DNA from: a virus
Lineage: Duplodnaviria; Caudoviricetes
IMG/VR virus record: IMGVR_UViG_3300044976_000016
Coordinates: 1-40,971 of that record
DNA length: 40,971 nucleotides
Reading direction: 5' to 3' (one strand)
Under the pieces are notes generated by a model that saw nothing but the letters and a program-made list of their open reading frames with translations, had not been told where the DNA came from and made no database searches. Shown here piece after piece: positions 1-7,697 of the stretch; the stretch's first letter is position 1, and every line of letters starts with the position of its first letter. Both the position numbers and the translations under genes were made by a program.

Positions 1-71
1 GGCGCGCTGGCGCCTGTCGGGACGGGTGACGATTGGCTCAGTAACGGACTGCTAGGGATGGCGACGGGGGG
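1..71. repeat. Terminal direct repeat, copy 1 (identical to 40901-40971); circular-assembly overlap
   Basis: First 71 nt are identical to the last 71 nt, and an ORF reads in frame across the join. Confidence 0.95.
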
Positions 72-1197
72 CGGCGTGGCGGGCGGGTCAAAACTCGCTG
101 GGGGGTTGCTCGCCCCTACTGCTACGCCGAAGGCTCAAGCTCTCGCGCAGCAAGGCATGACGCTCACGCCTGGGCAGCAATTGGGAGGCGCATACCAGCG
201 CATCGAGCAGGCGGCAGAAAGCATCCCGGCCCTAGGCGACGCAATCCGCGCGGCGCGGAGGCGTTCATTCGAGTCCTTCAATGCTGCGGTTGCCAACGAC
301 GCTTTGAAGCCTATCGGGCGCACGATCCCCAAGGGCATCACGGGGCACGATGCGGTGCAGTACGTCGATGACGCCATTGGAAGCGTCTATGACTCGGCAC
401 TGAAGCGCATCAATGCTGTGCAGGCCGATTCGCAGATGGCCTCGGAGTTGTCGCAGCTCAAGTCGATGGTGCGCGGCAGCCCCATGCCGCAGGCCGTCAA
501 AGAGCAGTTCGATTCTGTGCTTCAGAACCAGATCACCGGCAAGCTGCAGGGCCAGAACGCCATGACGGCGCAGACGTTCAAGGGCGCCGATAGCGAGATC
601 GGGCGACTTGCCGCCAAGTACGGCGCCGACGCCAGCGCGGACAAGCAGCTTCTAGGGGATGCGCTGCAAGAAACGCAGGCGATCATGCGTCGCTGGCTCC
701 AGCGTGCCGCGCCTCCTGACGCTGCGGCTGATGTTGCTGCGGCGAATTCCGCGTGGGCTAAGTACGTGCGGATGCAGACGGCGGCAGGCCGTCAGACATC
801 GGCCGATGGCGTGTTTACGCCGGAAGCCTACCGAGCCGCTGTCCGCGGCGCTGACAAGTCACTGCGCAAGGGTGACTTCGCACGAGGCGAGGCTCTTGGT
901 CAGGGGATGGCCGAGGACGCCGTTTCAGTGCTCGGCAAGACAGTTCCTGACTCAGGGACGGCGCTGCGAACGGCGGTCAATCACCCGCTGCAAACCGCAC
1001 TGCTGGGCGCCGCGACGGCGCCTGTGTCGGCGGTCTATGCCTCGCCAAAGCTATCTGCTTACGCGCAACTACTTCTAAGCGGGACACGCCCGCCGCTGGC
1101 TACGAAGGCGGCAGCCGAGCTTGAGATGATGGCGCCGTACCTGTCGGGCCTCGGGATTTCCACCGCGAACGCATATCAGCGAGGCGCCGTTCGATGA
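1..1197 (+). CDS. C-terminal part of a large DNA ejection/internal virion protein (starts at 40469, ~542 aa in total)
   Basis: Frame is open from base 1 into ORF 58..1197 and continuous with 40469-40900; Ala/Gly/Gln-rich helical; last of the ejection-protein genes before the tail fibres. Confidence 0.7.
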   Translation, partial: GALAPVGTGDDWLSNGLLGMATGGGVAGGSKLAGGLLAPTATPKAQALAQQGMTLTPGQQLGGAYQRIEQAAESIPALGDAIRAARRRSFESFNAAVANDALKPIGRTIPKGITGHDAVQYVDDAIGSVYDSALKRINAVQADSQMASELSQLKSMVRGSPMPQAVKEQFDSVLQNQITGKLQGQNAMTAQTFKGADSEIGRLAAKYGADASADKQLLGDALQETQAIMRRWLQRAAPPDAAADVAAANSAWAKYVRMQTAAGRQTSADGVFTPEAYRAAVRGADKSLRKGDFARGEALGQGMAEDAVSVLGKTVPDSGTALRTAVNHPLQTALLGAATAPVSAVYASPKLSAYAQLLLSGTRPPLATKAAAELEMMAPYLSGLGISTANAYQRGAVR

Positions 1198-1279
1198 GGG
1201 CCGCAAACGGCTTCACGCCGAAGCGGTAGAGCAGGAACGCCAGCGCAATCCCAATAGCCCTTAGCCACGCTTCATCCAT
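1100..1279 (-). CDS. Putative small antisense membrane protein (MDEAWLRAIGIALAFLLYRFGV...)
   Basis: 59-aa ORF with one hydrophobic helix, covering the gap between ejection and tail fibre genes. Confidence 0.35.
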   Translation of the reverse strand: MDEAWLRAIGIALAFLLYRFGVKPFAALIERRLADMRSRWKSRGPTGTAPSSQARLPPS

Positions 1280-1928
1280 GCCTGTACCTGCCTCGATCAA
1301 CGACCTATCCACCACGGTCGGAAGCAACAGCCCGAGCGGGTCTGAGTCTCCGGGTGATGGGGACAACTACATCCGTAGCTTAAGCGCGTTCATCGCCACG
1401 CTGCGGGATAAGCTCAACGGCACCTCGGATACCGGAACGCTCAAGAACGCCACGTTCTCCGGGACGATGGCCGGGGCGGCAGCCTGGGCGGCTCTCCAGA
1501 CATTCGCCGCGGGCATCAAGCTCGGCACGGGCAGCACACTTGCCAACTACGTAACAGGCACCTTTACCCCGGTTGTCGAGGGTACGGGGACAGCCGGCAC
1601 AGGCACCTACACCACGCAATCCGGCACCTACACCCGCATCGGGAATCGGGTGTTTGTCTCTTTCAAGGTGGCGTGGTCCGCTCATACAGGCGTCGGAAAC
1701 CTGTTCATCACTGGACTACCAGTAACCGGCGCCAGCGCAACGGCGCGGCTAGACGGGTCTTGTGCGGTTGGGGCATATGAAGTGCCTGCCTTCGTGAACC
1801 TCGCAACCTCGGGTGCCAAGACCGGGAATCTGAACATCTTCGACGCTAGCGCGCTTAATCCTGCGTACACAACCCCTACCTTTTGGGGCGCCGGGTCCAT
1901 CTCGATGTCCGGCCACTACGACGTCTAA
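1278..1928 (+). CDS. Short tail fibre / receptor-binding protein 1
   Basis: N-terminal anchor (DLSTT..SNSPSGSESP..GDNYIR) shared with the next gene; 'GTFTP...GTYTRIGNRVFV...GNLFITGLP' is a typical fibre C-terminal module. Confidence 0.75.
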   Translation: MPVPASINDLSTTVGSNSPSGSESPGDGDNYIRSLSAFIATLRDKLNGTSDTGTLKNATFSGTMAGAAAWAALQTFAAGIKLGTGSTLANYVTGTFTPVVEGTGTAGTGTYTTQSGTYTRIGNRVFVSFKVAWSAHTGVGNLFITGLPVTGASATARLDGSCAVGAYEVPAFVNLATSGAKTGNLNIFDASALNPAYTTPTFWGAGSISMSGHYDV

Positions 1929-1931
1929 GCC

Positions 1932-3146
1932 ATGCCGATTCCAAGCACCATTGCCGACCTGAGCACGACGGCTGCTTCTAACAGCCCGTCAGGTAGTGAT
2001 TCACCGACCGAGGGCGATAACTACCTGAGAGCAATTCAGGCGATCCTGCGTCAGACGTATGACGATCTGCTACCGGGTGGGAACCTGTGGAGTTCGGCCA
2101 TTTCGGCCGCGCCTTCTTCGCTTGGCAATCACGACAGCATCGTTACGGCCTTCGACGGTGACATCAGCAAAATCCTGTTCCCCGTGGATCACCGGATCAC
2201 CGGGGCCGCGACTCTCGGCCAGCCGACCACGGGCTACACCTACACCCCAGAGGCTTATCCACACTACACCTACCTGTACAACTCGTCTGGATACAACCAC
2301 GACACGGCAGGCAACACTGGCCGCACGTCAGCGGTTGCGTACAGGACGAAGGTATTCAACACCGGGCAAGGCGACTGCGTGGCCTACAACGCAAGCGGTT
2401 TCGTCACTGGCACCAGAGCGGGTTCTACGCACTTTTTGGCCAATCCGGCTGTGACGCTGTTCAACGGCGATGTGACGGCCGGAGCGGCGGGAACGTACCT
2501 CAACCCATACGAAACGATCCTGCACGATGGCGGCTATGACGTGGCGGCCATCGGCGCTGTGTACAACATGGACCGCACCGTTTCGACTGGCGCGAAAAGC
2601 GCGATATGGCTCGGTCTGCGGCTGCAAAGCATCGGTGCCGCATACTGCGATGCGCTGATGTCTGCCACCGGAAAATGGAAAGTCGGCCTGTCGTTTTCTC
2701 AAGACGCGCTGGACCTGTCCAGTAATGTCGCGGTTGCCCTCAAGTCCGGGCAGCGTATCGCCTTCAATGACAACAGCGACGCCAGCGGGGCGACTGAAAA
2801 TGGATGGTATGCCACTGGACATAATGGAGACTACATCGCGCACACGACGAGCGGTTTCACGGGGCTGAATTTCGTCATCAGTGGCACGAGCCGTTTGCAG
2901 TTAAGCGCGACGCAGGCGACGCTCGCAGACATCCCGCTCGCCGTCAGCATCGGCGGCGCGGTGGCCTACGTCCGAGGGTTGCAGAGCGGGTTTGCCCTGC
3001 CGACCGGCACAGCGAATACAGCTACGTTCAACGTGGACGCCATCGCCACTGTCGCTGACTGCAAACGCGCATTTCAGTGGTTCCTGGGGCTGGCGCAGCG
3101 CCTGCACTCCAGCACATCCGGCGCGCATGCGCTGATCGGCGTATGA
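1932..3146 (+). CDS. Tail fibre/spike, receptor-binding protein 2
   Basis: Same N-terminal anchor; Gly/Thr/Ser/Asn-rich beta-type body. Confidence 0.7.
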   Translation: MPIPSTIADLSTTAASNSPSGSDSPTEGDNYLRAIQAILRQTYDDLLPGGNLWSSAISAAPSSLGNHDSIVTAFDGDISKILFPVDHRITGAATLGQPTTGYTYTPEAYPHYTYLYNSSGYNHDTAGNTGRTSAVAYRTKVFNTGQGDCVAYNASGFVTGTRAGSTHFLANPAVTLFNGDVTAGAAGTYLNPYETILHDGGYDVAAIGAVYNMDRTVSTGAKSAIWLGLRLQSIGAAYCDALMSATGKWKVGLSFSQDALDLSSNVAVALKSGQRIAFNDNSDASGATENGWYATGHNGDYIAHTTSGFTGLNFVISGTSRLQLSATQATLADIPLAVSIGGAVAYVRGLQSGFALPTGTANTATFNVDAIATVADCKRAFQWFLGLAQRLHSSTSGAHALIGV

Positions 3147-3340
3147 AGCTGGAAGACTACCTCGTGACGCAGCGCAATCAAGCGCTCGACGCGCTGGCGA
3201 CCGTGAGTGCGCAGCGGGACCACGCGGCGGCGGTCGTTGAAGCGGCCTTCGCTGCGCTCGCTCGATGCCTGACCGATGGTGTCGATGCGGTGGAAGTCGA
3301 AAAGGTGCCTGGGTTCGCACAGTGGCGGGACGCAAGATGA
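3143..3340 (+). CDS. Small helical protein, possible fibre chaperone (MKLEDYLVTQRNQALD...)
   Basis: ATGA overlap with the fibre gene stop; coiled-coil character. Confidence 0.5.
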   Translation: MKLEDYLVTQRNQALDALATVSAQRDHAAAVVEAAFAALARCLTDGVDAVEVEKVPGFAQWRDAR

Positions 3341-3468
3341 AACAGACCATAGCTCGACTGCTCCGGTTCTTGGCCCGCAGTGGCGACGCGATGCGCCGCT
3401 GGGCCGACACGCTGGACCCGCCGACCACATCGGGAGGCGGCGGCCCTCCCCCAGTTCCTCCCGTGTGA
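3337..3468 (+). CDS. Small hypothetical protein (MKQTIARLL...GGGGPPPVPPV)
   Basis: ATGA-coupled to the previous gene. Confidence 0.45.
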   Translation: MKQTIARLLRFLARSGDAMRRWADTLDPPTTSGGGGPPPVPPV

Positions 3469-3472
3469 TCGT

Positions 3473-3664
3473 GTGGAGCAGAACAAGAAGGGGTTCTCGG
3501 ACTCGGACCGGGCGGCTCTCGATCAAATCGTCAAGGATCGAGAGCACCGTCAATGGTTGATCGACGGCGTCAAGCGCTGGGCGCAGTGGATAGCAGCGGT
3601 GATTATTGGCGTCAAGTTCGCGTGGGATGCTCTCGCGGATTTGGTCCGGAAGCTATTGCCATGA
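3473..3664 (+). CDS. Small membrane protein, holin-like candidate
   Basis: Charged N-terminus then one TM helix (WAQWIAAVIIGVKFAW); lies after the tail genes; start uncertain. Confidence 0.45.
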   Translation: MEQNKKGFSDSDRAALDQIVKDREHRQWLIDGVKRWAQWIAAVIIGVKFAWDALADLVRKLLP

Positions 3665-4134
3665 CTGCCTTTCGCTGGCTCGACCATTTCGCCGAAACCC
3701 TCATTTGGGTGCCCCGTCTGGTTCTGCTGTTCTCGCTCGCGGCTCTGCTCTACTACGCTTCAGACAGACAGGCGCCTTATGAAGTCATCAGTAATGATGC
3801 AGCAGAGGGCCGGCCTGGTGAGCGGGTCGTCCTGCACGCTCGGGTCCGGCGGGACATGAGCAGATCCTGTGAAGTCAGGCTCTCGCGGCAGATTGTCGAT
3901 GCGACGGGCGTTGTGCATTCATCCGATGACGCTCATTTATCCGCGGTTGCTCTCGCGGAGCTGGAGGCAAGATCGCCGGGCAAGGCTCACATCGCAATCG
4001 ACATCCCGGCTAACGCTGCGAGCGGGCCGGCTGTGTTGTTGACCTCGCGGCACTACGTCTGCAACAAGGTCCATCGTCTATGGCCCATCACCCACACCAC
4101 CGCCATGCCGTTTATGGTGTTGCCGCGCTCGTAG
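3661..4134 (+). CDS. Membrane-anchored hypothetical protein
   Basis: ATGA-coupled; N-terminal TM helix, soluble domain with two Cys. Confidence 0.55.
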   Translation: MTAFRWLDHFAETLIWVPRLVLLFSLAALLYYASDRQAPYEVISNDAAEGRPGERVVLHARVRRDMSRSCEVRLSRQIVDATGVVHSSDDAHLSAVALAELEARSPGKAHIAIDIPANAASGPAVLLTSRHYVCNKVHRLWPITHTTAMPFMVLPRS

Positions 4135-4451
4135 GGTTGGCTGTGAGGCACTACGGCTATTACCTCGCTCCTCCCGAGCTGCGGGGGCACGTCTATAACC
4201 TGCTCACCAGCGCGATGCTGCTGATTGCGGTGGCGTGGCTGGCTTTCCAGTTGCGGGGGTGGTTTGTCATTCCCGCCGCTTGGTGGGTGGCCGAGGAAGG
4301 CATGGTTGTCGGCTGCACGTCGATCTACCTTGTCAGACCGTGGCCGCTTGGCGGTGATCAGTGCTCGTCGCTGGTGGGGTTTGACCTGTCGCTGATTGGC
4401 GCGGCGGTTATCTCGGCCATTGCTCTATGGTTGGCGGACAAAACCTACTAG
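4080..4451 (+). CDS. Multi-pass membrane protein
   Basis: 3-4 hydrophobic segments in 123 aa. Confidence 0.5.
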   Translation: MAHHPHHRHAVYGVAALVGLAVRHYGYYLAPPELRGHVYNLLTSAMLLIAVAWLAFQLRGWFVIPAAWWVAEEGMVVGCTSIYLVRPWPLGGDQCSSLVGFDLSLIGAAVISAIALWLADKTY

Positions 4452-4496
4452 GTTTGATAGCTAGACGCAGAGGCGAAATCATGGCAGTGTTACAAG

Positions 4497-4619
4497 ATGA
4501 AAGCCATCCGCTGCTATCGTCGGGCTCCTACGGCGGTCCAAGTCGCGGCCATTGCCGCTGTTGTGATTGCGGCGGTTGCGCTGCTGGCGGAACTGTGGCG
4601 GTGGTTGCGGGTGCCGTGA
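4497..4619 (+). CDS. 40-aa single-TM peptide (MKAIRCYRRAPTAVQVAAIAAVVIAAVALLAELWRWLRVP)
   Basis: Read manually; below the ORF-track cutoff; fills the gap before 4631. Confidence 0.35.
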   Translation: MKAIRCYRRAPTAVQVAAIAAVVIAAVALLAELWRWLRVP

Positions 4620-4630
4620 AGGGGTGAGGA

Positions 4631-5695
4631 ATGGGCAACGCGATCACCGACCTCCTGCAAGGCGCAAGTAACGCTGCGGCGTCCAACGTCAGCGGCCCGG
4701 TTGACCTGTTCGCTGCTGCGCTTCGTGCTCTTGGCGTGCCTGTTCCTGAGAACGCGCTTCTCGGCTCGAAGTGGATGGAGGAGCGTGGGCTGACGAAGAA
4801 GCCGCAGAATGCGCTGATGGGCCTGCTGGGTGAGGCTGCCGGGCTGTCTGCTCCGATTGCCGCAGCGGCGAAGGCGCCGCAGATCGCGGCGGGGCTGCTG
4901 AAGCACGCTGACCAGTTCCAAGCCTACAACAAGGCTCTAGGGCCTGCTGGCGCTTCTCAGGCTGTGGTGTGGCACGGTTCGCCGCACAAGTTCGACAAGT
5001 TCGACTCTGCGCACATTGGGAAGGGCGAGGGGGCGCAGGCGTATGGGCATGGGCTGTATCTGGCTGAGTCGCCTGGGGTGGCTGGTTCATATGCAAAGAT
5101 GAACCCTGCGAGCACGGTAAAAGTTCAGCGCGTTTGGCCGTCGCGCGAACACCCAAACGGGGCGTATGAGGCGCTCATGGTGCGTGATAGCGGCCCCCTT
5201 GAAGAGCTTGGGGTGTTTGCGTCAAGGGCAGAAGCTGAAGCCGCGGCGCAGGCCGCCCGTGAATCTGCCAGCAACATCTACAAAGTAGACCTCCCCGACC
5301 CCCTAATAGCGCGGATGCTCGATTGGGATAAGCCGCTGCACAAACAGTCTGCGGAAGTGCAGCAGGCGATCAAAGATTTTGAGCCGATGCTGAAGGCGGC
5401 CGGCATGACAGACCCAAATGGCGGAACGTCTGGATTGCTTGGGAAAGGACTGTATGAGGCTCTTGGCTATGCGATGCGCAGCAAGGCGATAGAGCGCGGC
5501 ACTACGGCTGGCACGACATTGCAGCAGATGCAGGACAACTCATCCCGCGCACTACGGGCGGCCGGCATCCCCGGCATTCGCTACCTAGACAGCGGCAGCA
5601 GAGGCGCAGGCGCAGGCACTAGCAATTTCGTCGTCTTCCCGGGCGAGGAGAACGCGCTGCGCATCTTGGAGCGCAACGGTAGGCCGCTGCCATGA
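4631..5695 (+). CDS. Protein with ADP-ribosyltransferase-like domain of polyvalent proteins (ART-PolyVal-like)
   Basis: Motifs VWHGSPHKFDKF, GEGAQAYGHGLYLAE, IYKVDL, GIPGIRYLD..SR...NFVVF; SD GAGG upstream. Confidence 0.7.
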   Translation: MGNAITDLLQGASNAAASNVSGPVDLFAAALRALGVPVPENALLGSKWMEERGLTKKPQNALMGLLGEAAGLSAPIAAAAKAPQIAAGLLKHADQFQAYNKALGPAGASQAVVWHGSPHKFDKFDSAHIGKGEGAQAYGHGLYLAESPGVAGSYAKMNPASTVKVQRVWPSREHPNGAYEALMVRDSGPLEELGVFASRAEAEAAAQAARESASNIYKVDLPDPLIARMLDWDKPLHKQSAEVQQAIKDFEPMLKAAGMTDPNGGTSGLLGKGLYEALGYAMRSKAIERGTTAGTTLQQMQDNSSRALRAAGIPGIRYLDSGSRGAGAGTSNFVVFPGEENALRILERNGRPLP

Positions 5696-5937
5696 TGCCG
5701 CACCCGACGCGCTTGTATTGGGACGGCGCCAAGGGTTCGGCGTGGTTTCGCGGCACCGGTGTAAAGCTGCATGAACCGCCGGCCCCGTGGGGTGAGCCGC
5801 TTGCTTATGTGGAATACACCCCGCTAGGAAGCTCCACGATTGCAGAAGTGCGAGACCGGGCGATTGACTCTGTGCGACAAATGCGGCAGGACGAGATTGC
5901 GAAGGTGCTGCTGTTCCTCGGCAAGTTGTGCGGGTAG
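5692..5937 (+). CDS. Hypothetical protein; last gene of the rightward operon
   Basis: ATGA-coupled 81-aa ORF. Confidence 0.55.
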   Translation: MMPHPTRLYWDGAKGSAWFRGTGVKLHEPPAPWGEPLAYVEYTPLGSSTIAEVRDRAIDSVRQMRQDEIAKVLLFLGKLCG

Positions 5938-5943
5938 ACCTTG

Positions 5944-5962
5944 CGGCCAATCCTCGTTGGGC
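5944..5962 (+). mobile_element. attI-like simple site 1 (CGGCCAA-TCCTC-GTTGGGC)
   Basis: GTTRRRY core with no attC hairpin; preceded by a 16-bp motif repeated at 6483. Confidence 0.4.
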
Positions 5963-6175
5963 GTCATTCGAGGCAAGGCACAGCCAACGGGTACGCCCTT
6001 TGAACTTTCGCCAGATCGAAGGGGGCTCCAGGGTTCCCCACCCACTCAAAGTGAGCCTTGCGCAGTCTGTTGCGAGTCACGCGCACAAGCTGCGTTTTAA
6101 TCCACGGCAGCGACTAGATCGCCAAGCCGGGCAAAGCGGGTGCAGGTCACCCCTCGGCTTGCCCCTTGCCTGCTC

Positions 6176-6194
6176 TGTCTAGAACGTGTTAGCC
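6176..6194 (+). mobile_element. attI-like simple site 2 (TGTCTAG-AACGT-GTTAGCC)
   Basis: GTT core contains the TAA stop of the minus-strand gene; L-like box resembles that of site 4. Confidence 0.45.
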
Positions 6195-6461
6195 AAGCCG
6201 GCGCCACGGGCGATCCGCCCACCAAGCGCCAAGGCAAAACAGGACGCTGGTTCGACCATGCCGCTCGAAGACAGCTTCTCCTTCTTGCTGCCACTCAACT
6301 ACGCGATCCACGTCGTCCGCCAGCCTCTCGATTGCGTCTGCCGCTTCGCTCAGTGCAACGCTGTGCGGGTCGTCCTGCCCACTAGCAAGGAATCGCAGAC
6401 GTTCCACCAATGCCCGATCTGGCTCCGTGGGCCTGCGGTCGTCTTCCGTCTTCTCATCCAT
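6189..6461 (-). CDS. Hypothetical protein (MDEKTEDD...EAADAIERL)
   Basis: ORF with phage-type coiled-coil motif; stop lies within a GTT core. Confidence 0.55.
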   Translation of the reverse strand: MDEKTEDDRRPTEPDRALVERLRFLASGQDDPHSVALSEAADAIERLADDVDRVVEWQQEGEAVFERHGRTSVLFCLGAWWADRPWRRLG

Positions 6462-6502
6462 CGTCAGCCCTTTCGCGTGTAACGGGTAGACCTTGCGGGA
6501 TC

Positions 6503-6521
6503 GGTTCAACCCCTGTTCGGC
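6503..6521 (+). mobile_element. attI-like simple site 3 (GGTTCAA-CCCCT-GTTCGGC)
   Basis: GTT core at a gene end (…GPNRG*); preceded by the 16-bp repeat. Confidence 0.4.
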
Positions 6522-6880
6522 CCTATGGCCGCAGCAGCGAGCCTGTACATGCGCCGCGCTAGCTCTATTGCGTACGCTTCTTGTGCATGCACTGGCTCGC
6601 CGCATTCAGCGCCGGCCCACTCCTCTGCAATCTCGTGCAGCGCGCGGCGCAGCCGCTCTATCTCGGCCTTTGCATCGCGCAGCATGGCGGGGCTCGGCAT
6701 GTGATCGCCCCTAGCCGCCTCCGCTGCTGGGCGCCACCGCTCGCGCTCTGCGGCCATGGCGGAATCGAGCGCGGCTTGGTCGTACACCGGCCCCCATTCG
6801 CTGACGCTACTGTGGCTTGGCACGCGCTTGCGGAAGATCCAGCTATCTAGCCAGCGCCACCCGCAGGGCTGTACGTTCAT
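6506..6880 (-). CDS. Hypothetical protein (MNVQPCGWRW...AAERERW...EIERLR)
   Basis: SD-like GAAGGGG before ATG; phage early-region motifs. Confidence 0.6.
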   Translation of the reverse strand: MNVQPCGWRWLDSWIFRKRVPSHSSVSEWGPVYDQAALDSAMAAERERWRPAAEAARGDHMPSPAMLRDAKAEIERLRRALHEIAEEWAGAECGEPVHAQEAYAIELARRMYRLAAAAIGPNRG

Positions 6881-6890
6881 GTGATCCCCT

Positions 6891-7181
6891 TCATTGCAGC
6901 GCCCGGCTTCCGAGATGGTGAGGAACTTGGCGCGAAAGCCAGCGCAAGCACTGCTTGAGCGTGCCGCAGTATTCGACCTCGCCTGTCTCCATGTCCCGCA
7001 GCCGGCACGATGTGTAGCCAAGGCGCGGCTCGATCTGCCACTCCCGCCCACCGTGATGGCGAAGGTCAAGCGGTATCACGTCGCGCTCGTCGATGATTGG
7101 CTCGCGGTCTGGGATGCCGATGGAACGCTCATAGTCGGCGCGGTGCTCGGCCCAGCGGAGGGGGCGTTTGGGATTATGCAT
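6891..7181 (-). CDS. Hypothetical protein
   Basis: 96-aa ORF fitting between neighbours on the operon strand. Confidence 0.55.
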   Translation of the reverse strand: MHNPKRPLRWAEHRADYERSIGIPDREPIIDERDVIPLDLRHHGGREWQIEPRLGYTSCRLRDMETGEVEYCGTLKQCLRWLSRQVPHHLGSRALQ

Positions 7182-7202
7182 GGCGGCAAAGTTGCGCGAC
7201 GT

Positions 7203-7221
7203 TGCCTAAAACACGTTAGGC
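7203..7221 (+). mobile_element. attI-like simple site 4 (TGCCTAA-AACAC-GTTAGGC), heading the attC array
   Basis: Resembles the class 1 attI core CCCTAAAACAAAGTT (one base shorter); its R end matches R'' of the next attC at 9/10. Confidence 0.55.
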
Positions 7222-7646
7222 CCGCTTCTCTTGCGAGCCGCCAAGTCTATGAACGCTTGGCAGTTCGTCGCGTCGCACGGCGTGTGATGCCTATGATCCG
7301 GGTCTTCAATCTCCACGCACGCGCCTTGGCCGTCTTCGCACTTGTGCGCGCACTGCACGATGGTTTGCCACCGCTCGCGCTCTGCGGCCACGGCTTCATC
7401 TATCCGGCGTTGCCACTCAATCGGGTGTCCGACCGCCTCAAGTGCGCCAGAGCACTCGCCCAGTTCGGAGCGCAGGCGGTCAATCTCGTCTGCAGCTGCG
7501 TCGGCCTCATCAATCAGCACTTGCAGCGCGTGCATGGCCGGGCGCGTGTTCGTGAACGTGTAGCGCATCACCTCGTTCACGGCTTCGCGCAACGGGCCCA
7601 ACCCGTCAGTCAACCGGACCTTGGCCGGCGTTGCTTGGTCAGTCAT
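7206..7646 (-). CDS. Cassette A hypothetical protein (MTDQATPAKVRLTDGLGP...GPNVF)
   Basis: SD AGGAG and ATG lie in the loop of attC 7596-7690. Confidence 0.65.
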   Translation of the reverse strand: MTDQATPAKVRLTDGLGPLREAVNEVMRYTFTNTRPAMHALQVLIDEADAAADEIDRLRSELGECSGALEAVGHPIEWQRRIDEAVAAERERWQTIVQCAHKCEDGQGACVEIEDPDHRHHTPCDATNCQAFIDLAARKRSGPNVF

Positions 7647-7690
7647 CGTTGCTCCTGTTGCGGCCAAGGCCGGTTACTTCTACGTTGTGC
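7596..7690 (+). mobile_element. attC-like site 1
   Basis: GCCCAAC-CCGTC-AGT(C)AACCGG(A)CCTTGGCCG...CGGCCAAGGCCGGTTACT-TCTAC-GTTGTGC. Confidence 0.85.
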
Positions 7691-7697
7691 CCCAGCC

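Noticed and set aside
1278-3146. Diversity-generating retroelement or invertible tail-fibre switch
   Set aside because: No reverse transcriptase or invertase seen, no TR/VR pair or flanking inverted repeats noticed; similarity is limited to the N-terminal anchor
5964-6175. A gene between attI-like sites 1 and 2
   Set aside because: The minus frame ending at TGA 5964 is interrupted by an in-frame TAG about 50 codons upstream and lacks a convincing start; possibly a remnant
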